Shown: piece by piece, positions 58,577 to 64,000 of the stretch | How the letters are laid out: the number at the start of each line of letters is the position of its first letter | Numbering within the stretch: the stretch's first letter is position 1 | Assembly: GCA_008632985.1 (NCBI GenBank) | Contig: QPGO01000031.1 | Coordinates: 248,001 to 312,000 of the forward strand | Length of the DNA stretch: 64,000 nt | Direction of reading: 5' to 3' | DNA from: Psammoneis japonica | Taxonomy: Eukaryota | The notes under the pieces: generated by a model | What the model was told of the DNA's origin: nothing | Seen by the model: only the letters and a program-made list of their open reading frames with translations | Database searches by the model: none | Program-made: the position numbers and the translations under genes

Positions 58577-58821
58577 TGACAGAAAATGAAGATGACTGGG
58601 TGGAAGAAAACAATGACTCCTTGCTGCTGTCTAAATGGCAGATGAGTCTCCGTGCAGAGACCGTCACAGGAGCCGAAAGACTGGTGTTGTGACATCGGCA
58701 CTGCTGTTGTCATTCTTGTGAGCCGAGTGGCTCGAAAGCAAACTACATCGCGTGACGTGCATGGAACCAAGAGCACACACAATCATGTGTGATGAACTAA
58801 AATCTTGTTCAAATCCTGTCA
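58577..58821 (-). repeat. 5' LTR
   Basis: Direct repeat of 54036-54280, same length (245 bp). Confidence 0.95.
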
Positions 58822-61207
58822 TGCAAACACAGTTTCTTTTTTGCACACAAGCTCGCCAGCTGTTGCAGCCAAAGCGCATGCTTGTTGTGATTCATTGCAA
58901 CAACAGGTGCCAAGCTCAACCTGGAAGCCATGGCACTTGCTGTGCACAAAGCACTGACAAGCAAGTGAAAGCTCCGCTAATTTCAAGCATTGCCGCCAGT
59001 GACAACAGTGCACATTCTTGCAACAAAAATGCACAGACCGGGTTCCACAACTTTTGCAAAAAGTGTTTGATCTTGCAAGCAAACACAACTGTCCTTTGAT
59101 GTTGCCATTTTTGTCAGACAAAATGGCTTTCAAGCTGAAAAAAAGATTGACATGAAGCTTTTGCTGACCAAACATCCACACCATGAAGTGCTCATGAACA
59201 ACCACATGTTTTTTTGGCAGAATCACATCAAGCCTGTCTCTTGGAGGTGGAGGTTAAAGAGATGCCTTGAAAGGCATGGCATCATGGCTTTCCTCAGGAC
59301 CATGGCATTGCTGGACTTTGCTCTTCATGACACTCCATGTGAGAGCATTTTTTCACAATTAAAGAGAGCTGTGTTCAAGCCTTGGCAGCCAAAGTGGTTG
59401 AGGCAACATCAAAGCAAATCTGGCACACTTGTGAGTTTGACATTTTGTTCAAATCAACCTTCTGGCATTCCCACTCAAAGCAGCCACTGTTCACAAGCTC
59501 AAACGGAGCCAAAGCCAGCAGCAATCTGATTTGAAGTGCAGCATGCATCATGGCCAAAAATTTGTGCCAACACCACAGTGTTGATTTTGCAGAGTGCAAT
59601 CACAAATTTTTATTTTCCTGTGATGAGAAATGGCTTTTGTTCACACCAGCTAACACAAGATTTGCTCTGCATTGGCTCATCCCAGGGAATTGTTTTTGTT
59701 GAGTTTTTTGTCATTTGCACAGTCAGTGCCTTGGCATGTGACACATGGGCTCTTCCAACTCACCCTCATTTTGTGACCACCAAGCTGGAGACTGTGTTAA
59801 AACCAAAGCATGACAGCAGCCTTTGTTGTTTTTGTTGTTGGTGCAGTGACTTCTCTTGTCCAGCCACCGGCCACCACCTGTGCTGCTTGTTTTTGTCATG
59901 TTTTCCATGAGGGGGCTGTGCTTTGTGCAGCAACTCATGAAGCTTTTGAAGAGTTTGAGTGGTTGATGACACAGACCAGTAAATTGCTCATCACCGTTGC
60001 AGAGTGCAATGATTCAGAGAGCTTCAAGAAGGATGAAGGCTGCAAAAAGAGCTCTGTTCCCTTGGTGGAGTGTTGCACTTGCCTCTCTAAACAACTGTTG
60101 TCATTTGCCTCTCCCCTCCAGAGCACCAATTTTGTTGCTGGCACAATGCCAAGAAAACCCACCTGGTGCCAGAGTTAATCTTGGGGGCACATTAGATGCT
60201 GACTTTGTTGCATCCAAATTGACAGGTGCAGCAATTGCCCACATGGACTCTCCCAACAGCACAGTCATCTGCAACAAACCTGGGCAGTTTGCTGCTTCTG
60301 TTCAACAATCAATTTGTGTGGAAGTTTTCTGCAGAACAAGATGTGATTCACTGGTGTGTGCAGGCCTTGGAAGAAGTCTTTATGCTTGCTCTGTGAGGTG
60401 TGGCATTGATGTGAAACAAAAATGTGACAGCAAGAGTGGGCCAGCATTGTGTGCCCATTTTGATGTGATGCCCAGTCCCTTGATTTTGAGGCAAAGATTG
60501 ACACCCAAAGACCAACGATGCACCAAATGCTGCATGTGTGGCAGTTGCAAGTGGAACAACAAGGAACTGTTGCAAGTGCAACAAAGCTCTTGCAGTCCAC
60601 AAGAAGACATGGCCAAAGATCCATTGCAACACAATGCTGTTCAGTTTGAGCATGTGGAATGTGTTGCTGCGAGAGTTTGTGTTGCAGAAACTCACATCTC
60701 ATCTTGGGTGAAGAGGAGGCAAAGTTCATTTGGAAAGGCTTCTGTGGCATTTGTTCTGGCAAGAGGCAAGGGCCCCACGTTAACTTGGTGCTGTGTTTTC
60801 TAGCACCACCTGTTTCTGCTTTACGGTTTCGGTGCGGGGTCTCTTACGAGTCCTGAAGGCGAGGGCGTGCGATGCACAGGATGAGGCTGCGAAAACGAAA
60901 AGGTCGATACGATTGTCGCGAAATTGAAGAAACGTCAACAGATGCGAGTTGATCGAGCCAAGGTCAGAATGGCTGAGAGCACGCTGGAATCATTAAAAGC
61001 GCTTCACCAAAAGGCTGACATGATTGTGGAGCATCTGCAACTTGAAACTCCCGACTCTTCCACATTGGAGCATTAGCACCCATCATTTTGCGAGGTTTAT
61101 CTGAGTTTTCATATGGTAGTCAGCTTACTCTTATGCCAGTCGAGAGCCCCGGCATGCATGCCTGTTTTTGCAGTTATCATAGCGCATTTCATAATCTGCA
61201 TGGTATA

Positions 61208-62677
61208 TTAGTCTAGCTTAGCAACGTCCGCCTCCATCACTATGCTCAAATTGGCTTCTATTGGCATGTCCGTAGTTGCAGTTTCCTCATCTCCACCTGG
61301 AGTTGGTGTGGACGCACTTTGGTCACTGTCCTTTTCATCGAGACCGTCCAAGTCGAGATTCAAAATCTCCGACACGTTGCCCATCACAAGACAACCTTTT
61401 GCCATCACCGTCAACAACGACAAAATTTGTTTGGAAATTTTCGTTAGCTCAGTGAGAGAGTCCAAAATAATAATTGTGGAAGTTAGTGACTGATTTCCAA
61501 ACTGTGCCTGTGTTAACAACCCGTACGCAACAAAAGGGCCCCACAAATCAATCATCAACTGGTAGTTTGTGGTCCAGGCAAGTCGATAAAAGAAGGAACG
61601 GAAAGTCGTGAAAGCAAACACTTTGAAGGCTTTCCTCCCTGTCGACGACATTAGTTCCTCCTTTGGGTCGTTGATGGAGCTCTGCGATGCGATCGAACGC
61701 CTCCTCTTCTCCCGCTCTTCGCTAGTCATATCCAAGTCGACAACCGAGTTTGCCGCAGCGGAGAGATAAAGCGCTTGGCCCTCCTGTACCATTGCCTCAC
61801 ATTCTGATAGCTTTCCCATGAAAAGTCGGAACCATAATAAAGGGACACATAATACAAGAATCCCCAAGATCAGAAACACAATGACATACGCGGCATAAGA
61901 CGTTCCTGACGTGGTTTGTTTTGATTCTCGTTTCTGAAAGTCCACCGCTAAATTCAACATGCACAGCGTTAAAATCCAAAAGACAGTTACAATCATTTCA
62001 ACGATTTGCAAACATCCTTTCCAAACTCCATTTACCAACTCATCCACGTCTTTGAGTAGCCCATCAAACCGCCCAGCAGTCCATCGACGAGCCAAGGGAT
62101 GAGAATCCGGTATCTGGACTCGCTGGGTAAGCAGAACGCACCGCAATTGGTACCTCTGGCTATTAAAAGGCACCCACATCTCATACCACCAATAGAGAAA
62201 GCTATGAGCACTGTTCAGGAAGAAAGGGGTCATATACAACCATAGAGGTACGCCACCCGGGTCCTTGACGATTTCATTCGCAGTGTACCCAAGCAGAAAC
62301 GTTCGAATTGGCGTGTATATGGTAATAGTTGCAATGATGAGTGTCACAGCATATGGCTTTGTATGAGTCCACATGAAGCGGAAGTAGTCCCAGACCTGAG
62401 CGAATATTCCTAAATCATGAACGTTGCGACCCCACGGCCACACATTATGTTTCGGGTGCTTGTACTCTTTGACAGAATCTTGAAACAAAACGACCGGTTG
62501 ACCAGGATCCTTAGCCCATATTCGATTCGTACTCAAGCGATTCCATTCTACCATGAAACTGCGTTCTCGTTCCAGCCCCTCCCGAGCATCCTCCTTGTCT
62601 TTGTTACAATCATGAAGAAAAGCACGCTCTCTCTTATAGTATTGAGCACGAATGTGCTCGTCGCTCGGCTGAAGCAT
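61208..62677 (-). CDS. Hypothetical multi-pass membrane protein
   Basis: 489-aa ORF with about six hydrophobic segments and normal composition. Confidence 0.7.
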   Translation of the reverse strand: MLQPSDEHIRAQYYKRERAFLHDCNKDKEDAREGLERERSFMVEWNRLSTNRIWAKDPGQPVVLFQDSVKEYKHPKHNVWPWGRNVHDLGIFAQVWDYFRFMWTHTKPYAVTLIIATITIYTPIRTFLLGYTANEIVKDPGGVPLWLYMTPFFLNSAHSFLYWWYEMWVPFNSQRYQLRCVLLTQRVQIPDSHPLARRWTAGRFDGLLKDVDELVNGVWKGCLQIVEMIVTVFWILTLCMLNLAVDFQKRESKQTTSGTSYAAYVIVFLILGILVLCVPLLWFRLFMGKLSECEAMVQEGQALYLSAAANSVVDLDMTSEEREKRRRSIASQSSINDPKEELMSSTGRKAFKVFAFTTFRSFFYRLAWTTNYQLMIDLWGPFVAYGLLTQAQFGNQSLTSTIIILDSLTELTKISKQILSLLTVMAKGCLVMGNVSEILNLDLDGLDEKDSDQSASTPTPGGDEETATTDMPIEANLSIVMEADVAKLD

Positions 62678-63244
62678 TGAATAGTCTAAAACTCGATTGG
62701 TTGGATTTCGGAGCTTGTACGGCTAGCAACCGTCGTCACCCGTCATTGTTGGTTTTGTCTCAAGGGTTTTGTGCTGCGATGACACGGATTCTAAGAAAAA
62801 TCAAAATAGCATTCCTAAATATTCAGCGATGTATGTTGTTTTGATTGACATGCTTCGCTGTTGGTGATGGACAGCGAACGGCGACGGACATCGCACAGAC
62901 GGAAGGAATGCACCATTGGCGGGAGATCTACTCTACATAGAGTCTACGCAGCCAGCCGGCGGCCAGATAGGAATAGTAGAGAGAGGAAGCTAGAAGCTAG
63001 GCCCTCTAGATTGAATATAGAGCAGAGAAGTGAAGTGCAGTAGCTGCCTATGACCAGATGAAAGGCAAGAGTTGCACCACCCGTTGACGAGTGAACTCTT
63101 TCATCATGCCAATAGATTCCCTCAAATGAGCAAGATTGGAAACCCAAATCCCCCACTGGTTGCATGTTATGATCAATTAAGCTCGGATGAACTGCACTGA
63201 CGAGCATCGTAAAGAAGAGTTCTTAGTCTTTATATTCTCTAGAG

Positions 63245-64000
63245 TCATAAATAAGTTCTACTCGTATGTCTATATCCTACCTTCGCCTGCTTTTCATCAC
63301 CGACATAACGACATGCAGGGGCGTTAACCGCCTCCGTAACCCCATTCGAATATTGCTTGGTGTTGAACTCAAGTAGCTTCTCGAAATGGCAGTTGCGATT
63401 AAATCCTAACCATTCAACGACTTGATTCAAGTGACTTACATCCGTAGTCCAGTCGGAACTGTTCATGAGCACAGCTCGATCACCAAGAATTTCTGCGAGA
63501 AACTCCATTCTTTCATTCTCGACCTTTAGGTAATGTGCCGCCCCGTCTTGCCCGAACGCCTTACTAAAGGAATCAGCTTGCTCTGTGACATTTCCAACCT
63601 CGCACACGGAAACATTTGAGTTGTCCAGTCTACCAATCTACTGATATTCTTTTTTGCGACATTGTTTAGAAACCTGACCGTTTTGAAACCAACGATAGTA
63701 TCGCTATCGTCCTCTACGAGTTCTCCTGCTTCATCTAGAATGGGAGGATTAATGGTTTCAATCATCTTCTGAGCAACACAAGCATAGGCTCCCTCTGGCA
63801 CGGGTGCATGTCCCCACGGTGCCTTTCTAGGCCCTAGAAGTGTCCTTCTGAAACGCGGGGTGGCTCTGAATGTTGTCCATCATTGTGTGAATCATTTTCA
63901 GTTCGTCGTTGTTTTCGCCAGCCATGCGGACTCCAGGTAAGCTGTCGAGCATGTATGTGAGCGTGGTTGACGCAGAACGGGGTGTGGCCAAGATCACCAA
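63245..64000 (-). CDS. Sulfotransferase-like protein, 3' part (start beyond the window; frameshifts at about 63830 and 63595)
   Basis: LVILATPRSASTTLTYMLDSLPGVRMAGEN resembles the PAPS-binding loop. Also GFKTVRF and MFPCAR. Confidence 0.6.

Larger units (their letters stand above)
54036..58821 (-). mobile_element. Ty1/copia (CoDi-like) LTR retrotransposon, internally deleted and hypermutated
   Basis: 245-bp LTRs (TGACAG...CTGTCA) at 54036-54280 and 58577-58821. TSD TGCAA at 54031-54035 and 58822-58826. PPT-like GGGGAG abuts the 3' LTR. Remnants of gag (KRGIKRD), RT (DVKHDGRHKARLVA) and RNase H (NPADILSKHW). Confidence 0.96.
53420..60820. other. TpA-depleted hypermutated domain 6 (contains the LTR element and its flanks)
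   Basis: TA is nearly absent outside YTAR. The flanks (53550-54035, 58822-60800) also lack most CpG. Confidence 0.9.

Noticed and set aside
42510..60820. Classical fungal RIP or plain 5mC decay as the sole explanation
   Set aside because: Both are C->T processes. RIP raises TpA, whereas here TpA is lost, with direct TA->TG/CA pairs.

Overview
Eukaryotic nuclear DNA, very likely a pennate diatom: bipartite plastid-targeting presequences with an A-F cleavage motif, short GT-AG introns, and a CoDi-type Ty1/copia element. Ordinary gene-dense blocks include an ARF-like GTPase, PFK2/FBPase2, a PDZ-ferredoxin, an EGF/LNR membrane protein, a 2OG-oxygenase-like protein, ARV1, a PqqB-like MBL, ankyrin, a CHI-fold protein, two HD-domain paralogues, GCH1, UGGT, an EF-hand protein and a sulfotransferase-like gene. 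These alternate with six sharply bounded domains (about 305-1660, 5160-6750, 26180-26790, 39480-40800, 42510-50720, 53420-60820; roughly a third of the window) in which TpA has been almost erased and converted to TpG/CpA, in addition to ordinary CpG decay. Internal sequence pairs show the change directly: the two LTRs, a tandem duplication inside the retroelement, a decayed ARF copy next to its better-preserved paralogue, the two arms of a MITE, and a 135-bp duplication. Conserved Tyr codons become Cys or His, and surviving TA sits mostly in YTAR. This looks like a RIP-like but adenine-directed (A:T->G:C) regional hypermutation system acting on transposons and duplicated genes, and it is the main candidate for a novel system here. 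All counts are by manual reading. Several single-base frameshifts in otherwise healthy genes probably reflect assembly errors.
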